A stretch of 63,873 nt of DNA, filler included, from Candidatus Hydrogenedentota bacterium (GTDB lineage Bacteria > JBFMHD01), in NCBI GenBank assembly GCA_040752395.1. It is 3 parts of 3 records of this genome, joined end to end, with 100 filler letters (N's around TTAATTAATTAA, not from the genome) between each part and the next. Parts side by side here need not be neighbours in the genome. Positions count along the whole stretch, not along the records: positions 1 to 16,184 come from JBFMHD010000048.1; positions 16,285 to 32,185 come from JBFMHD010000049.1; 1 more part is not named here. The stretch is one strand, 5' to 3'. Shown one piece after another: positions 10,116 through 20,099 of the stretch. The notes below the pieces were generated by a model. That model was given only the letters and a program-made list of their open reading frames with translations, ran no database searches and was not told the origin of the DNA. Position 1 is the first letter of the stretch; each line of letters begins with the position of its first letter. Position numbers and translations under genes: made by a program.

Positions 10116-11087
10116 ATGAAGAATATTTTGATTACAGGTGGGGCAGGATATATCGGCTCCCATCTCGCTAAGTTTTTTAAAAATAAAGGATATAATATCA
10201 TAATAATTGATAATTTTGAAAGAAGCTCAAAAAAAGTGATTAATGTTCTAAAAGTGGATAAATACTTTGTGATGGATTTAAGAAGAGATGACTTAACAGA
10301 AATTCTTAAAGGGATTGATATCGTTTTTCATTGCGCAGCATATATAGATGTTTCTGAGTCTATAAGAAATCCTGATATTTATTTTGAAAATAATGTTCTG
10401 GGTACCCATAAATTATTAAGCCAGATGAAAAAAGCAGGTGTTTACAATTTAATCTTTTCCTCATCTGCTGCTGTTTACGGTGATCAGGGAGATAGAATGT
10501 TAACAGAAGAAGATATAAAAAAGCCGATACAGCCCTATGGCTTCAGTAAGAGCGTTATGGAAGACTGGATAGAATGGTTCTGCAAGATTTTTGGTTTTAA
10601 TGCGATGGTATTCAGATATTTCAATGCTTGCGGATGTGATGAAGATGGATTAATAGGTGAGGCACATCAACCAGAAACACATCTTATACCACGCGCATTA
10701 CACTCACTTTTTAATAAAGAAGAAGAATTTTATGTTTATGGTAATGATTATGATACTAAAGATGGGAGTTGTATAAGGGATTATATTCACATACTCGATA
10801 TAGTCGATGCTTATAGTAGAGGTATAAAATATTTACAGGAAAATAGGGGGTTTTTTGTATTTAATCTGGGAAATAACAGTGGTTATTCGGTTTTCGAAGT
10901 TTTGACTGAGATAGAAAAAGTAACAGAATTAAAACTGAAGTATAAAATAGTTCAAAGGAGGATAGGTGATCCGGCTATTTTAGTTGCATCTAATAGTAAA
11001 GCAAGAGAGGCTTTATGCTGGAAACCTGCAAGAAATCTGTTTGATATGATCTCTTCTCAGTATAAATACCTTAAAAGAGACCTGTAA
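10116..11087 (+). CDS. galE: UDP-glucose 4-epimerase
   Basis: TGGAGYIGSH, FSSSAAVYG, YxxSK, RYFNACG, DGSCIRDYIH. Confidence 0.9.
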   Translation: MKNILITGGAGYIGSHLAKFFKNKGYNIIIIDNFERSSKKVINVLKVDKYFVMDLRRDDLTEILKGIDIVFHCAAYIDVSESIRNPDIYFENNVLGTHKLLSQMKKAGVYNLIFSSSAAVYGDQGDRMLTEEDIKKPIQPYGFSKSVMEDWIEWFCKIFGFNAMVFRYFNACGCDEDGLIGEAHQPETHLIPRALHSLFNKEEEFYVYGNDYDTKDGSCIRDYIHILDIVDAYSRGIKYLQENRGFFVFNLGNNSGYSVFEVLTEIEKVTELKLKYKIVQRRIGDPAILVASNSKAREALCWKPARNLFDMISSQYKYLKRDL

Positions 11088-11185
11088 AAAAGTTATTGAC
11101 TAAAATTAAAAAAGTAAGATTATTATAAAAGAACCTGAAAATGAATATCCTCTATTTCAGGCAATTTTTCAGAGGAGATAGTATT

Positions 11186-11452
11186 ATGTTAACCAAGGAG
11201 AAAAAAAAGGAAGTTATAGAGAGGTTCGGGAGAGGGAAGAACGATACCGGCTCACCTGAAGTGCAGATAGCTTTATTAACAGAAAGAATAAATGAGCTAA
11301 CAGAACATCTTAAAAAACATGAAAAGGATTATCATTCAAGGCGTGGGTTATTAACGATGGTAAGCCGTAGAAGAAAACTTATTGCTTATCTTAAGACCAC
11401 GAACGCGGAGAAGTATAAAGAGCTTATCTCAAAACTTGGATTGAGAAAGTAA
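11186..11452 (+). CDS. rpsO: 30S ribosomal protein S15
   Basis: [29 protein letters not shown]. Start trimmed to ATG 11186 after the GAGGAG SD. Confidence 0.97.
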   Translation: MLTKEKKKEVIERFGRGKNDTGSPEVQIALLTERINELTEHLKKHEKDYHSRRGLLTMVSRRRKLIAYLKTTNAEKYKELISKLGLRK

Positions 11453-11470
11453 TGAGAGGTTAATGAAGAA

Positions 11471-13564
11471 ATGAATGAAAAGAAATTTTTAAGAAAAGAG
11501 GTAGTCGTAGAGGGTAAAAGTTATATTTTTGAGACAGGGAAAGTTGCAAGACAGGCTAATGGCAGTGTTATTGTACAATGTGAAGGAACGGTTGTTTTGG
11601 GAGCTGCGGTGGCTTCAAAAGAGCCGGTTGAGGGTGTGGATTTTTTTCCGCTAATTGTGGATTATCGTGAAAAATACTATGCTGCTGGTAAGATACCAGG
11701 TGGATTTTATAAAAGAGAGGGTAAGCCAGGTGATAGAGAGACCCTTATCTCAAGACTTGCTGATAGACCCCTGCGGCCTTTGTTCCCGGATGGTTTCAGG
11801 AATAATGTGATAATAACTCTTCAGACTTTATCAGCAGACCAGGTTAACCCGCCTGATATACTTGCTATACTCGCTGCTTCTTCATCGCTTGTGCTTTCTG
11901 ATATACCATTTGAAGGACCTATCGGAGTTGTGAGGATTAGCAGATTAAAGGATGAGTTTGTAATAAATCCAACCTACGATAAAATAGAAGATATCGATAT
12001 AGACCTTGTGGTAGCAGGAACAAAAGATGCTGTTGTTATGGTTGAGGGCGGAGCTAAAGAAGCTAAAGAAGAAGATATACTTGATGCAATATATTATGCT
12101 CACCAAAAGCTACAGCCTTTTATTGAGATTCAGAACCAGATGAGTAAAGAATTAGATATAAAGAAATCTGAGTTTCCCATAAAAACCGTAGCACCTGAAC
12201 TTGAATGCTTTATTGAGGATATGATTCTTGATGACCTGCAAAAGGTAAACAAAAATAAAGATAAAACTCTAAGAAATGAGGCGGTTTTGAATGTTTTTAA
12301 TAAAGTCCATGATTATTTTAAACAAAACAGAGAAGATTATGAGGACATTAAAATAGATATCCAGGAGATACTGAATAAACTTGAGCGTAATCTTGTAAGA
12401 CAGGAAACAATAGCTACCGGCATAAGGGTTGATGGTCGTGGCTATGATGAGATAAGGGAGATAAGTGTTGAGGTGGGGGTTTTGCCGCGGGCACATGGTT
12501 CAGCTCTTTTCAGGCGGGGACAGACACAGTCTCTTGGTAGTACCACACTTGGAACAACTGAGGATGAACAAAGATTTGACAATATTGAAGGTGAGGGTAG
12601 CAGCAGATTTATATTACATTATAATTTTCCTCCTTTTTCAGTAGGTGAAGCAGAGCCTATTAAAGCGCCAGGCCGTCGGGAGATAGGTCATGGTGCTTTA
12701 GCACAAAGGTCACTTGAGGCTATTATACCTGATGAAGAAGATTTCCCATATACTGTACGCGTAGTCTCTGAAATACTTGAATCAAACGGTTCATCATCTA
12801 TGGCATCGGTATGTTCAGGATGTTTATCGATGATGGATGCAGGGGTTCCGATTAAAACTCCGGTTGCTGGTATCGCTATGGGTTTAATTAAAGAGGATGA
12901 TAATATTGTGATTCTAACCGATATTCAGGGGATAGAGGACCATTGTGGAGATATGGATTTTAAGGTGGCTGGTTCAGCAAATGGTGTAACAGGGCTTCAG
13001 ATGGATATAAAAATTGCCGGTATTACAAAAGAGATACTCTCAAATGCACTTGAGAAAGCACGTGTAGCAAGATTAAAAATACTCGAAAAGATGCAAAGCA
13101 TTATACCTGCTCCAAGAGAAGAATTAAAACCATATGCTCCGAGAATTACATTTGTCAATCTACCAGCAGATAAAATTGGTGAAGTCATAGGACCCGGTGG
13201 TAAAGTTATAAGAAACATTCAGGAAAAAAGTGGGGCAAAGATTGAGATACAGGAGGATGGCAGAGCCCTGATTATTTCCACTGAAGAAGAAGCAAGTAAT
13301 AAAGCAAAGGAAATGATAGAGGCAATAATCAAAGAAATAGAGGTTGGGGATATCTATGAGGGAACCATTATAAGGATTATGCCGTATGGTGCATTTGTTA
13401 ATCTTTTACCAGGTAAAGATGGGTTACTTCATATTTCTGAAGTGGATTATAAAAGAATTAAAAGTATTGAGGATTATTTCAGGATAGGAGATAAAGTTAA
13501 AGTTAAAGTTATTGAGATTGATAGAGAAGGGAAGATTAGTCTTTCAAGAAAAGCTTTACTTTAA
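11471..13564 (+). CDS. pnp: Polyribonucleotide nucleotidyltransferase (PNPase)
   Basis: FFPLIVDYREK, RREIGHG, ESNGSSSMAS, GDMDFKVAG, KH and S1 domains; follows rpsO. Confidence 0.97.
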   Translation: MNEKKFLRKEVVVEGKSYIFETGKVARQANGSVIVQCEGTVVLGAAVASKEPVEGVDFFPLIVDYREKYYAAGKIPGGFYKREGKPGDRETLISRLADRPLRPLFPDGFRNNVIITLQTLSADQVNPPDILAILAASSSLVLSDIPFEGPIGVVRISRLKDEFVINPTYDKIEDIDIDLVVAGTKDAVVMVEGGAKEAKEEDILDAIYYAHQKLQPFIEIQNQMSKELDIKKSEFPIKTVAPELECFIEDMILDDLQKVNKNKDKTLRNEAVLNVFNKVHDYFKQNREDYEDIKIDIQEILNKLERNLVRQETIATGIRVDGRGYDEIREISVEVGVLPRAHGSALFRRGQTQSLGSTTLGTTEDEQRFDNIEGEGSSRFILHYNFPPFSVGEAEPIKAPGRREIGHGALAQRSLEAIIPDEEDFPYTVRVVSEILESNGSSSMASVCSGCLSMMDAGVPIKTPVAGIAMGLIKEDDNIVILTDIQGIEDHCGDMDFKVAGSANGVTGLQMDIKIAGITKEILSNALEKARVARLKILEKMQSIIPAPREELKPYAPRITFVNLPADKIGEVIGPGGKVIRNIQEKSGAKIEIQEDGRALIISTEEEASNKAKEMIEAIIKEIEVGDIYEGTIIRIMPYGAFVNLLPGKDGLLHISEVDYKRIKSIEDYFRIGDKVKVKVIEIDREGKISLSRKALL

Positions 13565-13607
13565 TTGACAAAGGCTTTGGTAGCGCTTTATTAGGGAGTA
13601 AAATAGC

Positions 13608-14864
13608 TTGCCTTTTAAAAATTATAGAAAATTAGTTCTTCCAAATGGCATACGAGTTGTAATGGAACCGGATAAAAATGTCTGCTCCATTGCGTTGGGA
13701 GTTTTAATTGCTGTCGGTTCTAAATATGAGAGAAAAGAAGATAATGGTATCTCACATTTTATTGAACATTTACTTTTTAAAGGTACAAAGAAACGGAGTA
13801 CATCAGAGATAGCTATAAGTATAGATCAGATAGGCGGTCAGATCGATGGCGGGACAAGCAGAGAATACACACATCTTGAGATAAAAGCGCTTTCTAATCA
13901 TCTTGAATTTGTTATTGATTTACTCTCTGATATGGTATTTAACCCGAGACTTGATATAAAAGATATAGTAAATGAAAAGAGCGTTATACTCGAAGAAATT
14001 AAGATGTATGAAGATACGCCAGATGAATTTATACAGGATATGATTGTAAATGAGATGTGGAAGGATTATCCACTCGGTCAACCGATAATTGGTACAAGAG
14101 AGACAGTCTCAGGTTTTAATAGAGAGAGAGTAGAAAATTTTATAAATTCTAAATATCTGCCTTCGAATATTATAATCTCCTGCTGCGGTAATTTTGAAAT
14201 ACAAAGATTTATTAAATTAGTATCTAAATATTTTAATACCAAAAAAGATAAAAGAGAGATGAGTAAATGGGAGATTAAACTAAAAAATCCACTCTATGGA
14301 GTTAAACACATTGAACGTGATTTAAACCAGGTGCATTGTTGTATGGGTTTTAACGGTTTATCGAGAGTGGATAATGATAGATATGTTCTTCAAATAATTA
14401 ATACGATATTAGGGAGCAGTATGTCATCTCGTCTGTTTCAGGAAGTAAGAGAAAAACAGGGTCTGGTTTATAGTATATATAGTTATCCTGTGCTTTGTAT
14501 GGAGACCGGATTATTTATTGTATATTTTGCTACTACAAAATCAAATCTCAACAAAGCATATAATACTGTTCTGCGAGAGATAAACAATCTAAAAACCTCT
14601 AAAATTTCTAAAGACGAGCTACAAAAAGCAAAAGAGCATCTAAAAGGAAACATTTTATTGTCATTTGAGGGAACAAAATCAAGGATGTCGATTCTTGGCA
14701 GATGGGAACTATATTATGGCAGATATTTTACAGTAAAAGAAATGACGAACGAAATAGATAAGATTACAGTTGAAGATGTCCTTCGGGTAGCAAGAAGATT
14801 ATTCAAAAAAGATAAATCTATGACTTTGACTCTTGGTGAGGCGGTTGTGAAGCCGGTGGTTTAG
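13608..14864 (+). CDS. M16 (pitrilysin-family) zinc peptidase
   Basis: HFIEHLLFKGT (HxxEH), SSRLFQEVREKQGLVY; usual position after pnp. Confidence 0.9.
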   Translation: MPFKNYRKLVLPNGIRVVMEPDKNVCSIALGVLIAVGSKYERKEDNGISHFIEHLLFKGTKKRSTSEIAISIDQIGGQIDGGTSREYTHLEIKALSNHLEFVIDLLSDMVFNPRLDIKDIVNEKSVILEEIKMYEDTPDEFIQDMIVNEMWKDYPLGQPIIGTRETVSGFNRERVENFINSKYLPSNIIISCCGNFEIQRFIKLVSKYFNTKKDKREMSKWEIKLKNPLYGVKHIERDLNQVHCCMGFNGLSRVDNDRYVLQIINTILGSSMSSRLFQEVREKQGLVYSIYSYPVLCMETGLFIVYFATTKSNLNKAYNTVLREINNLKTSKISKDELQKAKEHLKGNILLSFEGTKSRMSILGRWELYYGRYFTVKEMTNEIDKITVEDVLRVARRLFKKDKSMTLTLGEAVVKPVV

Positions 14865-14893
14865 TGTAGGATAAGTTAAATAATTTTCTCTCC

Positions 14894-14985
14894 CCTCCTC
14901 TGAAAAACATTGTAACTCTAATGATATCAAGTAGAGGCAAGAAGCAAGATAACGCAAGAACGCAATAGTGTAGAGCGCAAACCGC
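14894..14985. repeat. Modular intergenic repeat element (SD end + AGAAGCA heptamers + GTGTAGAGCGCAA end)
   Basis: Near-identical to 37037-37103; right part matches 139-170. Confidence 0.85.
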
Positions 14986-15258
14986 TGCCAAATCACAAAG
15001 AGATTAGAAAAGGAACTTTACAATCAATAATTTGAAGTTTAAAGGTAAAAAGAGAGAAGTATTATTTTTAGATGCCCACACCAGCAGATAATGTATAATA
15101 CAGTTGGACTAAGCCATAGAGATTGGGTTTTCGGTTCTATGGGAAGTTGTATGAAGATTGGATCCTATTTTTTGCTTTTTTTATTTCATTTGGGGAATTT
15201 ATATCTGACCCCCATTTTTAAATTTTCAGTTTCCAATTCGACATTCGCAGAATGTCGC

Positions 15259-16014
15259 CTAACGCGGGGGTTTGCCGTAAGTCTTGAAATGATGGACCCT
15301 GTGAAAGATACCACGGATAACCCGGATATCACGCTCCTTTAATTGAGCCCGTTCAAAGATATCACGTAATGCAAGCATCATACGCTGAGGGTTCTCTGGA
15401 TCAAGAAACCCGATCTCAAAAAGAACAGACTCTATATGATTAAACATAAGTTCAAGCGCCTCTCTTTTTGCTAACTCGGGTTTTATAGTTTCCTGTGCTT
15501 TTGGCTCCTCGTTAATCTGTGCGAATATCTCATATAAAATGATAGCAACTGATTGGGATAGATTAATTGAATGAAAAGAAGCCGTAGGAATAGTAATAAG
15601 GTTTTGAGATTTAGCTATAATTGAATTATCAAGACCCTTATCCTCCTGACCAAAGATAACCCCAACCTTAAGATTGGGTATTATCTCTATAATACGTTTA
15701 GCAGCAGATTGCGGTGTAAATTTAGAGATGCGTTTCCTGCCCGTTCGAGCTGAGGTTGCAAAGAGTATGTGCAAATCTTTAATAGCTTCGTCAATCTCAT
15801 CACATATAGTAGCATTAAGTAATATATCATAGCCATTCATTGCCATACGTTTGGCTTCAATATCAAGAATATTGCAGGGATTAACAGCGTAAAGCTCTGT
15901 TATTCCGAAGTTTTTCATTAATCTTGCAATGCTTCCCACATTACCGGGATAAATAGGATTTACCACTATGATTCTCAAGTTATTTTTTAAATACGAGAAG
16001 TATTTTTCGAGCAT
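15259..16014 (-). CDS. trmJ: SPOUT tRNA/rRNA methyltransferase, TrmJ/LasT family
   Basis: PGNVGSIARLMKNFG, ATSAR, FGQEDKGL, SINLSQSV. Start trimmed to a likely ATG at 16014. Confidence 0.85.
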   Translation of the reverse strand: MLEKYFSYLKNNLRIIVVNPIYPGNVGSIARLMKNFGITELYAVNPCNILDIEAKRMAMNGYDILLNATICDEIDEAIKDLHILFATSARTGRKRISKFTPQSAAKRIIEIIPNLKVGVIFGQEDKGLDNSIIAKSQNLITIPTASFHSINLSQSVAIILYEIFAQINEEPKAQETIKPELAKREALELMFNHIESVLFEIGFLDPENPQRMMLALRDIFERAQLKERDIRVIRGIFHRVHHFKTYGKPPR

Positions 16015-16184
16015 AGAGAAAGTATTTGACATTATGCAATGTTTTGTCAAAATAAATCTTAGAGGTCTCTGAAAAAAAACTGTTCGTAAGGCACAGAGAC
16101 ACAAAGGCAGATAGGAGACAGGAGACAGGAGGAGAAAGGCACAAAGGATATTAGGGGATGGGGTATATTAGGGGGCGGCGGGTA

Positions 16185-16284
16185 NNNNNNNNNNNNNNNN
16201 NNNNNNNNNNNNNNNNNNNNNNNNNNNNTTAATTAATTAANNNNNNNNNNNNNNNNNNNNNNNNNNNNNNNNNNNNNNNNNNNN
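16185..16284. other. Artificial contig linker / assembly gap
   Basis: N44-TTAATTAATTAA-N44 (stop codons in all six frames). Confidence 0.97.
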
Positions 16285-16510
16285 ACAAGAAGCAAGATAA
16301 CGGAAGAAGTGAGAGGTGTCAGGACAGGCTACGGGCTACGGACTACAGCCAGCTGGAGCCAAAAGCCCAGAGCCTGCTGAAAAGTCTTGAGTCTTGAGTC
16401 CTGTTTTGACTCACGACTTGCGACTTGTGACTCACGACTCTTTTTATATCATCTTTAGTTTTTCATATATTGTATTGTGTAGAGCGCAAACCGCGCTCAT
16501 GGGTACTCCT
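16285..16510. repeat. Modular intergenic repeat element (truncated at contig start)
   Basis: Collinear with 37089-37270 and with the reverse complement of 31475-31670. Confidence 0.9.
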
Positions 16511-16615
16511 TTAAGCGTTTACCACAATATGGATTTCGAGAGAGAATCGAAGATTGATATAATCTTTTACAGGTATAAGAACCATTGGTTTGTTAATAGT
16601 TATTGTTTTATTCAT
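16511..16615 (-). pseudogene. Probable eroded type II toxin-antitoxin remnant (antitoxin-like N-terminus plus RelE-like fragment)
   Basis: GAGGTG SD then MNKTITINKPMVLIPVKDY...; an overlapping frame reads LSRNPYCGKRLK, resembling the RelE NPxxGKxLK motif, and abuts the repeat. Confidence 0.4.
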
Positions 16616-16753
16616 AATATATATTCACCTCGAAAACAATTATAAGATATATTACAAAATTTGTAAAGAAATTGTTAAAAAGCAATTATTTTGTTGACTT
16701 TAATTGGAATACCTGATAGTATTCGAGCATAGACTGTCCAGGAATGCAAAATC

Positions 16754-17290
16754 TTGGCAAAAAGAATTACAATGGATTATTTTATAATCGGGAGGGTGGG
16801 TAGAAGTTTTGGGTTAAATGGTGAATTTAGAGTACACCTCTTTACGGATTTTTTTGAGCTTTTTGAAAATATAGAATTTGTCTATTTATCTCCACAAACT
16901 GAGAACATTAAACCAATGCGATATTTAATATTAGCCAGGAGATGGTTATCCGGGAAACTTTTATTAAAGTTACAAAACATAGAAACAAAGGAAAAAGTAA
17001 AAGATATTGTAAATCAGTTTATATATTTACCAGAGGAGGAGTTAAAGGTTTTGCCGGAAAACAAGCGATATCTTGTTAAGCTCAAAGGTATGAAAGTAGT
17101 TGATATTAAAAGCGGTGTGATAGGTGTGATAGATGATTATTATAATTTTAGCGGTAACACCTGTATTGAGATTAATCGTGGAACAAGAAAGAGTATATTT
17201 CCATATAACAAAGAGTTTATTGTTGGTTTAGATAAACAGAAAAGAATATTAAAAACAGATTATCCGCTGGAATTAATTGAGCAGTTGTGA
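16754..17290 (+). CDS. rimM: Ribosome maturation factor RimM
   Basis: IGRVGRSFGLNGE, PRC-barrel C-terminus, upstream of trmD. True start may be ATG 16772. Confidence 0.9.
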   Translation: MAKRITMDYFIIGRVGRSFGLNGEFRVHLFTDFFELFENIEFVYLSPQTENIKPMRYLILARRWLSGKLLLKLQNIETKEKVKDIVNQFIYLPEEELKVLPENKRYLVKLKGMKVVDIKSGVIGVIDDYYNFSGNTCIEINRGTRKSIFPYNKEFIVGLDKQKRILKTDYPLELIEQL

Positions 17291-17396
17291 AGTTTTTTGA
17301 CGGACTTCTCATCCTGAAGCCCGAGAAGCTGAGGGTTCCTCCTCCGGGCTCTGGCGCTTAACACAGTGGGAGTGAAGGCCGCGAAAGGATCTTGAG

Positions 17397-18062
17397 ATGA
17401 GATTTGATATTATAAGTATATTTCCTGAGCTTTTGAAAACATTTAAGGAGACAGGGCTTTTGAAGAAAGCCCGGGATAAAAATTTATTAAGTATAAATAT
17501 TTACAACCCGAGAGATTGTGCAAAACCGCCCCATTTTGTAGTTGATGATTATCCTTATGGTGGTGGACCAGGAATGGTTATGAAAGTTGAGCCTATTGTT
17601 GAATGTGTTGAAGCGATAGAATTTGCAAGTGATGAAAAGAAGCTTATTCTCATTACTTCACCACTGGGAAAAATTTTTAACCAGAAAATTGCACGGGAAT
17701 TTATTAATCTCGATAGGATTGTGATTATATGTGGACGGTATGAGGGGATAGATGAGAGGGTTAGAGAGATATTTAATGCAGAATATATTTCCTGTGGAGA
17801 GTATATACTTATGGGTGGCGAAGTCGCGGCTATGGTTATTATTGAGAGTGTTGCTCGATTAATACCCGGGGTTATAGGAAATGAAGAATCTTTAATTGAT
17901 GAGAGTTATAAAGAAAATTTTTTGGAATATCCTCAATATACAAGACCAAGAACATATAGGGGATATAATGTCCCAGAGGTTTTATTAACAGGAGATCACG
18001 AGCGGATAAAGGACTTTCGAGAAAAACAAAAAAGGAGGTATAGTTTCGATGAACAAACTTGA
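17397..18062 (+). CDS. trmD: tRNA (guanine37-N1)-methyltransferase
   Basis: [31 protein letters not shown]. Confidence 0.97.
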   Translation: MRFDIISIFPELLKTFKETGLLKKARDKNLLSINIYNPRDCAKPPHFVVDDYPYGGGPGMVMKVEPIVECVEAIEFASDEKKLILITSPLGKIFNQKIAREFINLDRIVIICGRYEGIDERVREIFNAEYISCGEYILMGGEVAAMVIIESVARLIPGVIGNEESLIDESYKENFLEYPQYTRPRTYRGYNVPEVLLTGDHERIKDFREKQKRRYSFDEQT

Positions 18063-18387
18063 GAATGTTATAAAGGGCAGAATAAAGGAAACGCCGGATT
18101 TTAAAAGTGGAGACACGGTTAGAGTACATATGAAAGTGAGAGAAGGAGATAAAGAACGTGTGCAGGTATTTGAGGGTGTGGTTGTGAGAAGACGAGGGAT
18201 TGGTTTATCAGAGACTTTTTCTGTGAGAAAAGTATCATTTGGTGTGGGGGTAGAAAAAGTTATTCCCATACAATCGCCTGCCATAGATAAAATTGAAATA
18301 CTAAAACATGGTAAAGTACGAAAATCAAGGATATATTATATAAGAGAGCGCTATGGTAAATCTGCAAAACTAAAAGAACAAAGATAA
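18049..18387 (+). CDS. rplS: 50S ribosomal protein L19
   Basis: [36 protein letters not shown]. Confidence 0.97.
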   Translation: MNKLENVIKGRIKETPDFKSGDTVRVHMKVREGDKERVQVFEGVVVRRRGIGLSETFSVRKVSFGVGVEKVIPIQSPAIDKIEILKHGKVRKSRIYYIRERYGKSAKLKEQR

Positions 18388-18396
18388 AAATGAGTT

Positions 18397-19494
18397 ATGA
18401 CAAAAACAGGGAGAATACAAGACAGACAAGATGGGTTTGAAGTTAATGTTTCCCGAGTCCCGTTAAGCAGGGAAGTTGTTTTAAAAAGGTTTGCTTGTGG
18501 GAGTATAGTCTCTGCAAAGATTATACAACGTCTTAGCTCAGATACTTTTATAGCTAATTTTCAAGGATTAAATCTTATAACAAAAAGCGAAATACCATTC
18601 AAAGAAGGCCAATATATTTTTGGTAAAGTTCAAAATAACGAATCAGAGATTTATCTTAAATGGATTGATAACCCCTTGCAAGGGAGAGAGGATGAGAAAA
18701 TTAAAGAATTTTTATTAAATAATAATCTCAAAGTAGATAAATCGGTTATTGATTTTATTAAAATATTAATGAAGAAAAATATCCCATTAGATGAAGTATT
18801 ATTAAAGAAGGTTTTAACTTATTACGAACATAAATCTTCTAACGACCCTGTATTGATGTCGTTCAGATACCTTATGCTGTTAAAGAAAAAAGATTTTGCT
18901 AAAATAGATGATTATATAGAACAATTTATAAAAAACGGGAAGAAATTAAAATTAAAAAACAAAAATAGTCTTAAAAATCTTAAAAACACAGTTAATAACC
19001 TATCTGAAGAAAAAGATATAATTTTTTTATTTAAAAGTTTGAAGGAGTGTATAGAAGAAACTGAACTTTTAAGATTTATTGCAGGGAACAGATTAGCAGC
19101 TTCGCTTAACCACGAGATACCACTATACATACCTTTTATTTCACCGGATGGAGAATTAAATTTTATAAAAGTAAAATATCAAAAAGAGTTTAAAGAAAAA
19201 GATAAAGATAGAGTAGCTTGTGTTGATAAACTTTTCTTTACCATACCTTTTTATAATCTCGGCAGGGTTACCATTGAGATTTTCAGATTCGATGATGAGA
19301 TATTTATAAAACTTGTCTTTGAGAATAAAGATAAACTAAATTTATTAAAACAGACTGGAGACAGTCTGAAAGCTGAACTCATTTTTGAAAATAAGAAGAT
19401 AAAAGAAGTTATATTTACATACGAGGAAAAAGAACCAACAGAAGATATGATTTTTACCAGCGGGATTTTGGAGAACATAGATGTATGGATTTAA
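18397..19494 (+). CDS. Hypothetical protein, possibly FliK (hook-length control) C-domain-like
   Basis: C-terminal LGRVTIEI.../IDVWI pattern; overlaps the start of the FlhB-like gene, as in ylqG-ylqH-type pairs. Confidence 0.5.
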   Translation: MTKTGRIQDRQDGFEVNVSRVPLSREVVLKRFACGSIVSAKIIQRLSSDTFIANFQGLNLITKSEIPFKEGQYIFGKVQNNESEIYLKWIDNPLQGREDEKIKEFLLNNNLKVDKSVIDFIKILMKKNIPLDEVLLKKVLTYYEHKSSNDPVLMSFRYLMLLKKKDFAKIDDYIEQFIKNGKKLKLKNKNSLKNLKNTVNNLSEEKDIIFLFKSLKECIEETELLRFIAGNRLAASLNHEIPLYIPFISPDGELNFIKVKYQKEFKEKDKDRVACVDKLFFTIPFYNLGRVTIEIFRFDDEIFIKLVFENKDKLNLLKQTGDSLKAELIFENKKIKEVIFTYEEKEPTEDMIFTSGILENIDVWI

Positions 19495-19787
19495 ATAAAA
19501 AGAAAACCGTAGCACTTTCTTATGATAGTAATCAAGATAATGCACCGAAGGTAATAGCAAAAGGCAGAGGCTATATAGCAGAAGAAATATTAAGGATAGC
19601 AAAGGAATATGGTCTTTACATATATGAAGATTCAGCGCTTGCTGAGATACTTTTTCTACTTGAGTTATATCAAGAGATTCCTGAGGAATTATATAGCGTT
19701 GTGGCTTGTGTGTTCGCAAAATTGTATGAAATAGATAAGCGGGCCAGCGAGTCTTTTCAACCGACTGCTCATCCTGACACTGATTAA
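19485..19787 (+). CDS. FlhB C-terminal-like (EscU/YscU/HrcU family) protein
   Basis: VALSYD...APKVIAKGRGYIAEEILRIAKE, EIPEELYSVVA. Confidence 0.9.
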   Translation: MDLNKKKTVALSYDSNQDNAPKVIAKGRGYIAEEILRIAKEYGLYIYEDSALAEILFLLELYQEIPEELYSVVACVFAKLYEIDKRASESFQPTAHPDTD

Positions 19788-19819
19788 TTCTTACTTTTTT
19801 CGTTATCTTGCCTCTAAAT

Positions 19820-19993
19820 GTAGTGAGGGTCACAAGACCCTTTGTGGACTGTAATTTTTATTGACAATATAAATAGTATTTATATTGTATATCATAATGC
19901 TGCATAAATAAATGGACTGTATAAAGGAAAGGCATAAAGGCACGAAATTAAATTCAAAATTCAAAATTAGAAGTAGTAAGGGTCACAAGACCC
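19820..19993. repeat. Two GTAG-REP-like palindromes GTAGT(G/A)AGGGTCACAAGACCC (19820-19840, 19973-19993)
   Basis: GTAG tetranucleotide followed by a GGGTC-ACAA-GACCC hairpin; third copy at 51771-51791. Confidence 0.7.
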
Positions 19994-20099
19994 GTAGTAG
20001 AGGCGGGTTTACCCATCCATAGCCAGGCACAAAGGCACAAAGATTAAATGTAAATTGCAAAATTTGTCTCATTATTAATGCAGAGGTTAATAGAGAAAA

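Noticed and set aside
11096-11113. Identical 18-mer TTGACTAAAATTAAAAAA upstream of rpsO and at 56806-56823
   Set aside because: Low-complexity A-rich sequence after a -35 box; plausibly chance.
16229-16240. TTAATTAATTAA palindrome inside N runs (also 32230-32241)
   Set aside because: Artificial six-frame-stop contig linker; adjacency across it is not biological.
18387-18397. Absence of rnhB after rplS
   Set aside because: Gene order here varies among bacteria, and rnhB may lie elsewhere in the genome.
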